A stretch of DNA of 59,449 nt, counting the filler, from Bipalium vagum (taxonomy: Eukaryota), in the NCBI GenBank assembly GCA_037834085.1. It is 3 parts of 3 records of this genome, joined end to end, with 100 filler letters (N's around TTAATTAATTAA, not from the genome) between each part and the next. Parts side by side here need not be neighbours in the genome. Positions count along the whole stretch, not along the records: positions 1 to 18,405 come from JBBMKC010029992.1; positions 18,506 to 40,538 come from JBBMKC010227983.1; 1 more part is not named here. One strand, written 5' to 3'. The notes under the pieces were generated by a model. It was not told the origin of the DNA. It was given only the letters and a program-made list of their open reading frames with translations, and did no database searches. The translations under genes and the position numbers were made by a program. The stretch's first letter is position 1, and each line of letters begins with the position of its first letter. Shown one piece after another: positions 12,196 through 25,700 of this stretch.

Positions 12196-15100
12196 AATCA
12201 ATATAAGGATACATTTATTAATGTTTACCCTTTTAAGCCAAGTGTTTTTAATTATTCTATTGAAAAGGAAGAATGTCTTAGAATTAGAGTTCTTATTTTA
12301 ATACTTTTGCAAAAAAAAATATGAAATTAGTTTAAATTGACAAATCCTTAAAAAGTTATTGATTTTTAACAATTAATCTAAAAATTCTCATACAAATGTA
12401 CAGATTAATAATTAGTGTTCATTAAAACTAAAATTGAAAATATGAATTGTTGCTTTATGTTTCTTATCTTTAATCCAGTTTGGTTAATTATAAAAACGCA
12501 CTCAGTTCTTGGGGAAATCAAATATAATTTAAAAGAAATTTTAGGAAACCCTACACAAGAAATTACATGGATTATATTTCTATCTGAGTATTTATACTAA
12601 AACATCCGAATATTTATTATTTTTAAATTATTTTATTTAAAAATAGAGGAAGAAATGAAATTATATATTTTATTATATATTTATTATTCATTTTAATATA
12701 CATTTCATATATATATTTAATATATATTTTTTTAATTTATATTTTATAAGACTTTTCTTATAAAAGATTTAATTGTTGCATCGTAAAATTAAATTAATAA
12801 AAAAACATCTTATCCGGTCTCTTATTAACTCCAAATCAATAATTAAGGTTGAGATAAATCGTTTTCTCTTTCACATGATATATAAGTAAAATATTACTTT
12901 ATTTTATTTCTTATCATCTTAATACTTTATTACATTCTGCAAGTAAATTGTTTCAGTCTGAATAGTGTTTTTATTCAAAATTAATTTATTTCTTCGACTG
13001 AGTACATCTTATTCTTACAATCAATCTGGAGATTTGTTAGAGTGAGAAGAAGAAATAATAAATTATATAAGTAATTCTGAGTTAATTAAAGAATTATTAA
13101 AAATTGGTACTTTTGTTCGTAAAGTAAAACGTAATGATTTTTAATGAATTATTGGATTGTTCGGAAAGTCACTTCGCTTTTTATACCTATCTTTAAATCT
13201 TAATTTAAAGCACTTAAGTCATTTTAAAGGTGGGGATATTCAAATTACCTGGTAGATTGCAGAAGCTCTTAAATCAAAAAGAACAATATATCATTGATTA
13301 AAATATTTATTACTAATAAAACTTTTGATCTTAATTTTTACTACAAAATGCGAAGTGACTTTTCGAAAAACCCAATATTGTGAATAAAGATGTTATGTAA
13401 TTGTTTCTTTTTTACTATTATTTTTACTTTTAAATATTGTAATTATGTGAAATGAACAAAAAGAATAATTGTAATTTAAACCAGTCTTAAATTGTCTTTG
13501 TGAACAATTTTGATCAAACTACCAAATCAAAAGGTTTAAATGAAAAATAATTAATTTTTATTACAACTGTAATTAAAAGAGATTGTTAATATAATTTTGA
13601 ACAAAAATAAATTTAATATATCCTTTTTTGTTGAATTGAATAAAGAGAATTTTGTATCTTAAGTACAAGTGAAAAGGGAGTTGTTCATAAAAAAATTATC
13701 AATTAATATATTAAATAATTTTAAGTTGTTTTATTAATGCCAAAAATATGTTGAGTTGTTTAACAATAATTTTAATTAAATCTTTCAACCACTTGGATTG
13801 TAAATATTGCAAAAACTTTTTATACAATAATTATATTGATTGTTATTTTAATATATAAAAACGCAATAAAAATTCTAAAAATAACACCGAAGTAAATTAT
13901 TAATTTTTCAGAATTATTTACAGGTCCAAATAAAAAATAATTCATTTTATTTAAAAATTAAATGAAAAGTATTTTAATTAAACATAATATATTAATATAG
14001 AGAATCTCTTATGAAGATTTTATTTTATTTTATCTTTATTTTAATTAACTGTGAATTATTTATGCGTGTACATAATTGTAAAACATTATTCGGATTTGTT
14101 TTGATTTAACTGTTGCTCTACTAATGACCAAGAGATGTTACCCGCTGCACATTGTTAGTAATGCGGAAGACCGGATGACGTTGGTGGTAGAGACCCATTT
14201 ATCAAATGACTGGCGGCCTCAATCCGACGATAGGTAACGAAACTATGGTGTACAAAAACTAACACAAAAACCAAAGGAATTTTTTATTCATCATACTAGG
14301 AACATCAACCTACAATAGCTCCGAACTCCATAATCCGATCCGGCTACCGAACGTACAAAACGCCACAGAATCGCTAGAGCTACCAGATGATATGCTAGTG
14401 GTCTTGATAGGTTACAGGCAAATGACTTCATGGGTCGCCAAAGTTTCCAGATTTTTAAAATTATAAAATACTTATAAATGCAACAGTTAGATCAAATTTC
14501 TACTCATTATTGTTTTAATAAAATCTAATATAATTTTCATGATTATCTGTTAAAACAAAAATACTTAAATATTGAATTAACCAAAATGTTACAAACAATC
14601 AATATTTTAAGGTCATGGAAAGGGGAATTAAATTCTATCGAACCTTTACCTCATGCTTTCGAGGATCTTCTCTCCTTCAGTATCATGGATATACATTCAA
14701 AGATTTTAAAAGAAGTAAAAACAGAGCAAATGTTTGCTATTGATGTTTTCATTAAGAAAAGAAACGGTAATTTTTGAAATAATATTTTTTCTTAATATTT
14801 TTTTATTGATCTTTTTTCAGTAAAATTTAAATATTTCCTTCCTGAGATATGCTCCATTCAAAACGGCAATGTGAATCAAATTATATATTCCAGAGTAAAA
14901 AGTATTTTAATTAGGTCAGTCTTGAAGCTGTTTTATTTTTGCCTGTTTTTTTTTTAAATATTATTTTATAAATGTCAAATTTCAATAATATATTCACTTT
15001 TGATCCGATCTTGTATTTCTATAAATATGCAGTTTTAGCTTTCTCTCGCTGGGTAAATATAAATTTAATTTTGGAAAACTTTCCCATTAAATCCAAAGAT

Positions 15101-17849
15101 GATCTGAATTTTTGATAAAGTTATCTGATTACACTGACTTTGGAAATATGATTTAAATAGATCTTATAAATAAAACTGTTGGAAATCGGGAAATATTCTG
15201 CATTTTATTTTATATATTCTCATTATATATATACATTATAGAAATAATTTGATACTCTTGAAGTGTCCGCAAATCGTAATGGTAATTTTGCAGTCGGTAA
15301 AATTGTTTTTCACACCGTTTATTTTTTAATTAATTATCACAATATTTAATTTAATACAAAATATATAAATATACAGAATTATGAAGTATTGGGTTCAAGT
15401 ATTGACAAAAAAGTTCCTATGCTTCTTAATAAAAATAAAAAATCACAGAAATTGATTAGTTAAATATTTTAATGAATTATATACTTAACAGTATTAAGAA
15501 TGACCTCCTTTCATCTTTTAATTATTGTCTTTATTATAATTTTTGAAAATATGGCAAAAAAATAGTCAATGTAGCGTCTAACGAACTCCTCGTCATGAAA
15601 AGTTTTGCATTCAAGGAATTTTGTGTCACCCGAAATCAATGGTAATCGGTAGGAGTCTAGGGCGGTCAATAAAGATGGTCAAAAAGCATTCTATTTAACT
15701 ATGAGACTGAATTTTGTCGTGTTAATAAACAATTACATTGCAATTATGATATTTAGAACCTTTTCGAGTACAAAACAGCTTATAAGATTCTATTACAGAT
15801 AACGTAAAATTGATATTATATCAAAAATGTCCTTATATGCAAAAGTAATGAAATTTCCAGGTCATTATTGATTTTTTAACAATATAAAAGCCAAACTGAA
15901 ATATCTTAGTTATACATTTCAGTGCCTACAGCACCTTTAACTCCTCATCTACAGGTATCACTGGCCTGGATTTATATAGATTGAAAACTTAAATAATGAT
16001 TAATGAATGAAAATTCTCATAAATCTGTGAACTTATCCACCAATTTCCAATTTTTTTTAATTTTTAAAATTTAAAAACATAACAGGTGCCCAAACTTGCT
16101 TTAAGCATGAACTGTTTCAAATAAGATAACAGAAAATGGCTGAAAAGCCCAAGAAGCTCATATTCACGAAAAACAGCGCATATTATGCTTCCTTATTGAA
16201 CATATTATCAGGTTTCATTAATTCTGGTCTAAAATTAAAATAAGCAATAACATTAGTTATATTTTTGATAAAGTCAAAATAACAATTTATTTTAAATATC
16301 TAATTTTGGTTGATATAGGTTTAGACATTTTAGACATGTACTAATGTTTTTATTCGATATGCGGAAATCAGAAGCGGAAGTACATCAAATTCTTGAGGAA
16401 ACATCTGGTGATGAGACTCCATTGCTGTCAAACAATAAATTCTCGTTTACCACACTTTAAATCAAACGAATTCAAACAATTTCAGCCAGAAAAGCTTAAA
16501 GATTTGCTTAATGTTTACCCCTCTCAAACAGAAAAAAGTGACTATAACGCAAACCCATAGATTAAAAATTTCCAGACGGCTACATGTGCTAGGAAAAATT
16601 CAAAGGGAGAAAAAATTGGTTTGAATGAAAATTTGAGTGAAAGTGTTATCTGTATTCTTTTACTTAAAGTCAGATCTTTACATGTTAGACAGAGTAAAGT
16701 TTTTTGTGAAAAAATTGTTACAAAGAATCAAAATAGATTTATTTTCTTAAACAAGGAAATTATCACATGATTTAAGACGAGCATCAACGTTCATTTCAAA
16801 GTGCAATAATTATATTAAGAAATTTATGCTTTGTATTGACGGAATATGAGAAGTGTTATGTTTCATGAACTTGTGAAATCGATGTAAACAATTTTGGGGA
16901 AACGATGTCAACATCAAATAATAAGGTTATAAATGATGAGTTTATTAAAACAAAACCTGCAATAAGATAATAATTTGTCGAAATCTTAGCAAAAGAATAA
17001 GTAAACTATTGCTGACATTTACATTTTCATAATATATTAATTCTGTATACACTACATATTTTTTCGTCTCTAAGACGCTCTTACCTTTTCCAAAGTAATA
17101 TAGGACTTACCTTTAATTCAAATAATATCAGAAAAAAGGGAGAAAATAAAATTTTTACCTTTAGCATTGTTAATTGAATTTTAGCAAAAACTATATATTA
17201 CCATTTAAACAAAAATTGAACAAATATTATGTGAAAAAAAATGTGTAGAAATTCCATTATTAAAAACTGCGCGAACTTACTGCCAAGAAAATGTTTCTTT
17301 AGCTGTTTTAAATAATAATTAATAATTAATAATATCTAATCAAGTTGTACTGTCATTTGAAAATAAAATTTTCAATTTTAAAATGGGATTTAATAAAATA
17401 TTTTTTTAATATTTTAAGGCTATTAGATTTTATTAAATTAAAAAATATATTTTATTTATTAAATATTTTAGCATCTTAAAAAACCATTCGTTAAAACCTG
17501 AAACAAAGAAAACTCAAAAATTCAATACGAATCATTTTATTGATGTTTTATTAATTTATTGTACTTCTATTTTTTATTTTAATGAAATCAGACTTTGTTC
17601 AAAAAATACGGTATAAGAAGACCGTTGAGATCCTCGTGAGCTGTACAACTCTTTCAAGAGATTTCATCTAAAATAGGCAAATTATTTTTTAAAAATAGTA
17701 AATATTAAGAGGTTACATATGAGAAGAATTTAGAAACTTTTTCTAAAAAGAAAGTTTCAGCTATTAAACAATTAAAAAATTACTTTACAATCTGGGAACA
17801 AATTAAATAAACCACATGGAATTGTCTACAGCATCATAACTGTATATGA
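12196..17849 (+). CDS. Candidate downstream (ZP-C-like) exons of the same gene: ~12196-12241, 14821-14901, 15799-15844, 17472-17610, 17832-17849
   Basis: Phase-compatible AG/GT-bounded segments encode KFKYFLPEICSIQNG.., VKLILYQKCPYMQ (cf. ZP-C LIxxxGCP), ..NEIRLCSKNT and HHNCI*. The exons are short and AT-rich, so chance matches are possible. Confidence 0.35.
13152..13375 (+). mobile_element. 224-bp mariner-derived MITE
   Basis: TIRs TTGG(A/G)TT(G/T)TTCG(G/A)AAAGTCACTTCGC, TA flanks, and internal remnant GIFKLPGRLQKLLNQKEQYIID*. Confidence 0.85.
16320..17290 (+). mobile_element. Degenerate mariner relic
   Basis: RHVLMFLFDMRKSEAEVHQILEETSGDETP and KFMLCI..SVMFHELVKS, with many stops. Confidence 0.65.
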
Positions 17850-18241
17850 ATCATATTTTTTACTTCTGAAAAATGAAATAATAATAAAATAAGTAATACA
17901 GGTAAAAATTATATTTTTAAATACTTAATTAAGATATTAATGAAATTTAAGTAATTAACAATAACCAATTAATATAATTTTTCTAACACAATACATATTA
18001 ATTATATTTATAAACAAAGAAAATTTCTCATTCAAATTTGATAGGAAATATTCACATAAGTAGATATGATAGAGACAGTTCGAACTTTATTACCAACTTC
18101 ATATAATTATCAAAGACTCCCACCATTTGTTAAAGACAACCCTGCAAAAGTTCATAGCACTAAATTAGAGGCAACACAAAAAAGGAGTATCAATCAAATG
18201 TAAGAGGAGATTAATGACTTAAGCATGGAAACAGTTATTAT

Positions 18242-18342
18242 TAGGGCCCCCAAAAAGTCAATAAAGCCAATAAAGTCAATAAATGCAATTTTTTTGATTA
18301 AATCGAATAAAGTCAATAAAGTCAATTAATAAAGTCAATAAC
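18242..18342. repeat. Cluster of 10-bp AAGTCAATAA repeats, possibly a DNA-transposon subterminal region cut by the gap
   Basis: About six imperfect copies following TAGGGCCCCC. Confidence 0.6.
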
Positions 18343-18405
18343 TACAATTTTTGTTTAAATATTACATAAGTTATATTGACTTTTAAACTATTTAAATTTA
18401 TCAAA

Positions 18406-18505
18406 NNNNNNNNNNNNNNNNNNNNNNNNNNNNNNNNNNNNNNNNNNNNTTAATTAATTAANNNNNNNNNNNNNNNNNNNNNNNNNNNNNNNNNNNNNNN
18501 NNNNN
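18406..18505. other. Artificial assembly spacer
   Basis: 44 N + TTAATTAATTAA (stops in all six frames) + 44 N. Confidence 0.97.
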
Positions 18506-19781
18506 AATTTTAAAAAAAATTGTTTACATTGATTAGAATTGACATTTTAAGGGTGGTCAAAAAATTTGCTCATCACTATATTTTATATATTATAAGTAAT
18601 AAAAATTATAATACTATATAATAATAACTTTAATTTATTATTTTTGATGTTATCATATTTATTATTTTATTTGTATATTATATATCATAAAATATTAAAA
18701 AATATTATCTAATAAAAATATTTATTACTTTTGTATCAAAAATTTAAAAAGTGTAGCGCCTTAATTTTTTATCTATCAAAACAGAATCAGCTTTCATAAG
18801 CCAAATAAAAGAAATTTAAAAATCCCTTTTGAAAAAAATCAATGAATAAAATTCCTCAATTATGTAAAAAATTATATAGGCTAAAGGAAAATTGATATTA
18901 CTGTGAAAAACCCAAAACAATACGTTATCTTGTTACACAATAGTTTGAAGTTAAGTCAGTGTGCTGATCAATGTATATCAAACTTTACGGTTATCTAATT
19001 TCATAAAAGAATACTAAACAACGTGTGTACTACAGATTAAAAGAAAAAGATTGGTTTATTTTAAATAAATAAAATCAAATTTTATAAAAAATATATTTAG
19101 CCAAAAATTCACATCCAGCTCTGTTTAATGAAAATTAAATTTAAATATAATTTGCAATCTTCCATAGAAACCACATTTAATGTTAAAAATTAAGGAATTA
19201 AAACAAAAATACGTTTAAATGACTCGATTCTCATAAAAAGTTTGAGAGAAATAAGTTTTACTTCTATTTCTTTATTTTTATAAATATTTACAAATCCTTC
19301 CAAACAAAAAAAAAAGTTTTATTTCTAAAAAATAATAATAAATCTTAATAAAATAAGATAATATAATATTAATCAATTTATGATTACGAAAATAAAGGCA
19401 CATAAGACAATCTGATACTCCAGCCTCAAAACGTCTCACTGCTTAATGTGACATCAAAAAAGGCACATGAAACGTTTGATAATAATAACACGGTTTTCTC
19501 ATAATTAATTTATCGATTAATTTTATCGATTTAATTTATCGATTATATATGCAAATATAAATTTTATTAATTATTTTGTCAATCAAAATAAAATATTATC
19601 GTTATATAATTATTTACAAAAAATGAAAACAATCGATATTAAAAAAATGAATCAATAATAGTTTAAATAGTGGATAAAAGTGAAATAAAATAATAAATAG
19701 AAATTAGTCATAAAACAGTTATCAAATTTTACATTAAATAAATCATATTTTCATTGGTTTAATTAAAATAATGATTTTTAC

Positions 19782-22700
19782 TTGAAAAGAATCGACAACC
19801 AAGGAGAAAGACGACTTGAAAACGTCTTTGACAACAAAAGAACACGTTCCAAATGCTAATTCAACAATGCCTTCATTTTCTAATGAAGCTCCACTGCCTG
19901 CTTTCATGAAAACCATGAAAACATTGCTCCAACCCGATCGGATATTGGTCCAATGGGATTGAACAAGTTGTGCAACACATCGGACAACCATGTCTTCAAC
20001 ATTCCTCGACAAGAAAGCTTTGGTTTCCATAATATTGACAAATGGCCTACACAAATACAAAGTTTTAGTGAGATCAATCTAACAAACCATAAATGAATCA
20101 ATAAATCGGAACCTGAGAAAGTCTTTCTGGAAATGGAAATTAGGAAATTCCCCTTTTTCGATAAATTTCACAGCCAGTTGACGCAATGAGTCTGTTGCGA
20201 ATATGGCAACATCCTCATTCGGTGAAAGGCCAGCATCTGTAAAATGTTCTCCGATCACTTGCCAGACTCGAGACCATTGTAATCTGATACGACCCATATT
20301 GTAATATGAAATTTCCACCAATTTCTGCAGACTAAATATCCGAGGTTGAGGTAATAAAAGCTCATCTCTGCTCACCTGGACATCAAAAATTGAATATTTA
20401 ATGTTAATTATAATATTAAATTATTTTTATTATCATATTTGACTCGTTTGTGTCTATCTGTTAATTGACATTGCCGTAAATTTCTCATTTTCTTAATAGA
20501 TGACAAAAATATAATAATCATTTTATAACAATCATTAAATATCGAAAGATTGATTCTGTTATAATAATCAAAACATGTTGAATGAATGATCAGTTTATTA
20601 TATGCGTAGTGATATTGAAAAAAATATTTTTATTGAAAGCTTAAGAATCTAAAATCAATAAGTCATATTATAATCAATAAATCAACTTCAGTACAACTAT
20701 AAATTTACTACCAATTATCTTAACTTGTTTTATCTTATTTTACTGATCAATTATCTGTGGCATTTAGAGAATATAAAAATATTCATTAAATTTACAAATA
20801 AAATTATAATAATAATAATTATTATATATAAATCATTACAAAGAAAAAAAATAATTATATTTTTAAATATTAGGTTGTCCAGTATGAAATGTCGTATTTT
20901 TAGTAGTCAATAAAATAAGTCATAAAAATCGGGCAAATAAAATTTATTAATTAAAATATTTTCCATTACAGTTTAAACACTTTTGCTAACGAGATAATAA
21001 TTTATTTATTCCATCCTCATAAAATTCCTGACTCTAATTAATATTTTTAAACTTTCTTTTGAAATATGAAAATATTTTAATCAGATAAAGTTAGAAAAAC
21101 TTTTTTGAAATGTCTATTAGAAGTAATTAAAATGATTAAAGCCTTTAAGAGAAACTTTAATATAGATAATTAATTAATATTATAATTAATAATTTGTAAA
21201 AAACTTATCTATATTTCGGGAAAATCATTAGTAGATAAAAAATAATATTACATAAACCTCATTTTGGTTATAAATTAATACGTCAAAAATTATTTATACA
21301 TTCTATGTAAAAAGTGTCTGTTGAATTTAAGTGTCAATTTGCATTGTGAAGAATCGATTTTTTTGTTTTTTAATGATATTCAATCATCTTAACGTTTTAA
21401 AGATCTTCCGACTTCAGTTTTCTTGAATATCTATCCTTTTGTCTTCAGGTATTCTCAAAAAAATAATAAACTTTTCTCAGGATTTTTTTTTCTCGTGATT
21501 AAATTATTTTTAGATTAAGTTTGTCTTGTAAAAACCATTTACTGGACAAAGGTAAAGCCACAAAGTTTTAATAAAAAGAAAAATGGAACATATAGAACTC
21601 ATATATCTTCTCTATATTTTCATAAAAATAAAAATTATTATAAAAATATAATTAATTATAATTAATAATGATATTATCTTTATAGAAGTGCTCTGAAAAT
21701 ATTTCATTGATTTATTAAGTCAATAGGAAAATGTGAAACTTACTTGACACAAAGCTCTCACAAAATCGACAATTGCATCACCATCCAATCTTACAGATCC
21801 AGTAAATACTTTATCAACAGCAACGACAACGCTTTGAGAACCGGTTTCACCCATAACTTCCTGTAAAATAGCTATATTTTTTTGCGTGTCAACCAACAAT
21901 GAGCTCATATTGATTCCAGATATAATGTCAGAATCTCCCCCACTTATACGAGTGTTTCGGTGGGTGTTAACTGGCGCATTAGGTAGATTTTCTGATTTCG
22001 TTAGAAATTTTTTATTTTCATTTGAGTTGATGAAAAGACTCATTTTTTTCGTGAAAATCGTTGATGAATTTTCTGTGGACATTACAAAAAATAGAAATAT
22101 TCCAATAAATTAATAATCAATAAAAGATCAGTGGATAATTTATTTTAATTCAAAAGCTATTTAGAACACACAATCGATCTGTGAATTTATTTTGTACAGA
22201 CATTAAATGTTTGGACTCCGTTTCTCTGACTTAGCATATAATTGCACATTTAAAATCAATATTTAACAAAAACTGAATTTCAATATAATCAATAGTAAAA
22301 AAAATAGTAGATAAATATTGATTATTTTAAAATAAATATTTATACAATTGTTATTAATATATCAATCAATATGGAATATGTCTTCATAAACAAAAATATC
22401 CACGAATTGTAAGAGAATTTCAGAAAATGTGAATGGAATGAGTTTTATTGCAATTGTTGTGAGTAATTTTCAGAAAATGTATCACTGTGACATTATTAAA
22501 AGAGAAAATTAGGTTCATCTACAGACAGCATACAAAAGGACAAATAAATAATTTAACTAATTATTGAGATAAATAAATAATTTATAAACGTTTTACGTTT
22601 TTTTAATTTCAATCAATAAAATTTCGTAAAAATAAAGTTTAAAGTAAAATAAACTATTTATCCATTCAAATTCGATAAATTAATTTTAATAAATTAATAA

Positions 22701-25700
22701 TTGATCACAATTATTATTTTTTAAATTATTTAAAAATTCAATATTTTGGAAAATAAATTAAAATTTGATATTTACAAAAAAATTAAAATATTATTAAATA
22801 TAAAAAATATAAAAATAATAATCTTTAAAAAATTATTTAAAAATGGATTACATTGTAAAAATTTTTAATTTAAATTAGTTGAATAATATAAAATTTAACA
22901 AAAATTTTTTTTTAATTTGAAATTTTTATGATATTTTAAAAAAAATATTTTAAAATGTATTACATTGAAAAAAATTTAATTATTTTTGAATAAGATTATA
23001 AAATAGCAAAAATCGAAATTAATCAAAATTTATTAAGCCTAAAATTAATAAAAAATTTAATAATTTTTAAAGCATAATTAACAAAAATTAAAATATTAAA
23101 GGTAATAAAATATTTTATAATAATAACTATTTACAAAAAATTATTTTTAATTTATTTAAAATTTGACTTTTTAAAAAAAAATTATAACTAAAAAAATCGC
23201 TATTTATCAATAATAGTAATACTTACCCGAAAGTCCTTTTGTATTAGGAGGTCCAGTCCCACCAATCAACTGAGCAGACTCTAATTGAGAGATACAACGA
23301 AGAATTTCAAGCCATGATGCACCAAGATAATTTCCATCAGTGTGAGCAACGGAAATCAATGTCTTGATGGTATCAACATTCTTTGGTTTGATTCCATTAC
23401 TTGAACTTCCAGTAATCAATAAAGTGAATCTTGAAAGTGCCTGTATATATGCATTTCTTTCCAAATCCATTTTGAATATGCAAGCAATTCTTATGGCACA
23501 TCGAATTCCTTCCAAACAGTAACGAGATATTTCCGTATCGTCACAGTCCTGTTAAAATATTGTTACGATCAAATTTCCTCTTTCCATATTGATTATTCCT
23601 TTTTATCAATCTTCACTTATTTTTCAGTTGAATTAATTTCAATTCATCATAAGCAGACTTAATTTATTCACATAAGTTTGTTTATAAATGAAATTAATAA
23701 TCTCCCATAATTACTTGATAAGAAAAAGAAAACTTTTTGAGAATAAATAATAAATTTCGTTCAGGAAAACCATTGGGAATATTTGATAATTCCAAAACTT
23801 GAGATTAAAAGACATTTAGGAAGTTACTTTTGATATTAGAAATTAATTTAATAAATCAATACTTAAGAAATATCAATAAATTAATAGTGACAATGTCTTA
23901 ATAATTATGTTCTTCAATTTTAATTAATTTGTAACAAATTATTTTTAATATATAAAAATAATAAAGCTCTTGTTTAAAATACCAAATATTAATAATAAAT
24001 TTTAATAATGAATCTTAGAAAATAAGAATAATTATTAATAAAAAATGTATAAATAGAAAAATAAAAAAATAATATAATAATTAATTGATACAATAAAATA
24101 GAAAACAGTGAACATTACATTAATTCAACTTGATTTAGAATGATGGAAAAACTACTGAGGTCAAATATTTTGTCTGTTTTATTCTTTTATTGAATATTAT
24201 TTACTCATCATTAATTAATAATAAAAATATAATAATTATTTTTTATTTTTACTTCCACTAAAAATTTAATTTAAAGCAATAATTAAGGATTAATATTGAT
24301 TTTACATTAAAATTACTGTTCATATATTTTTGTTGAAATATTTGGCGGAGGCTTTTATAATTTGAAAAACGAAAAATAGATTATAAATTCAAATAAATTA
24401 TTTTACTCTAAAGCCAAGAATACAAGAAAGCTGATAATTATTTAAAATATTGTTTTAATGTATATATCAAATTTTTATATATAACATTGATTAAAGTAGT
24501 ATTATTGTAAAATTAATCAAATAAGTTAATAATAAGTATCATAATAAAAATTAATTCCCCTGTAACTGCTGAGGAAGTCTGGTAATTCTTCATAATTTTG
24601 TAAAAAATTAGATATTTAGTTTAAATTTTTTGGTTCAAATTTATCAGTAAGAAATTTGAAAAATGATTTTTTTCAAAATAGTAGACTAGTTTAAGCTAAT
24701 CAATACTGTTTTCTTTTTATTTCTATTGATCTTTTTTGTTATACTATTTATTCAGACATTTATTTTTTATGAAATTCAATTTGACTTTATTGTACAAATA
24801 TAATTTTAAAAATGTTAAGATATCATAAAATTATGTAAGATTGACTATATAAATTATTATCAAAAATTAAAATTATCTATATTAAGTACTTATTCATTTA
24901 TTTAATAATAAACATTTTCATTAATTATCTAATATTATCAAATTAAACTATCAATCGTGATCATTATTGAGGAGCACAGGTAATCGTGATGTAAGAAAAT
25001 AATTTTTAATTCAAATATAATAAATCATAACTATTATTTAATAGTATTTTATTATTATTATTATTATTAATTATTATTATTAGTGGTTATTCAATAATAT
25101 TAATAGTAATAATTGATTTAATCAATATTTTAATCTGGTTGTCTGTTAAATTCGATTTAATGATCCAATTTATGATTTAAGAATTACAGAAATTATCTTA
25201 TCAGTTGTGCCAATTTTTTTCATGTTTATTCAAATATATAATCACAATGACTTAGAAATAAAAAAAAGAATAGAGAAAATGTGCTCAAATCATTGTGCAA
25301 CTTGTTAAATTATTTCTAATTTCATAATAAAAATATAAATTCATTATTCGATAATCAAATAAATTATTTTAATCTGAAATCAAAGATATAAAATTGTTTT
25401 TCTGATTTTAAAATCGACAATTATCTTCTAATAATTATTATTTAAAATGAAAATAATCATAAAAATATTAAATATAAATCAATTATGAAATTGTAAAATC
25501 ATTAAATTAATAAAATAATTATCAAAAAATCTATCAGAAATTAAAAATTAATTTATAATAATAATAATCCATAATGATAAATAACAAAGACTTGCCTGCA
25601 ATCCCACACTGAAAGCTGCTAGAAATGGTGTCCAGACAAGTTTGAACATTGGCCTGACGTGTTCGTGATGCGTAGCACTCGTAAAATCCGATTCTACATG

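Noticed and set aside
18450-18461. Palindromic TTAATTAATTAA inside N runs (also 40583-40594)
   Set aside because: Six-frame-stop assembly linker in identical 100-nt spacers; not biological.
22600-23200. Extremely AT-rich stretch
   Set aside because: Ordinary low-complexity intron with no defined repeat unit.
25548-25595. Read-through peptide ASLC resembling vertebrate BIG VASLC
   Set aside because: Arises from the GCAAGT donor sequence; the true homologous residues are in exon 2.
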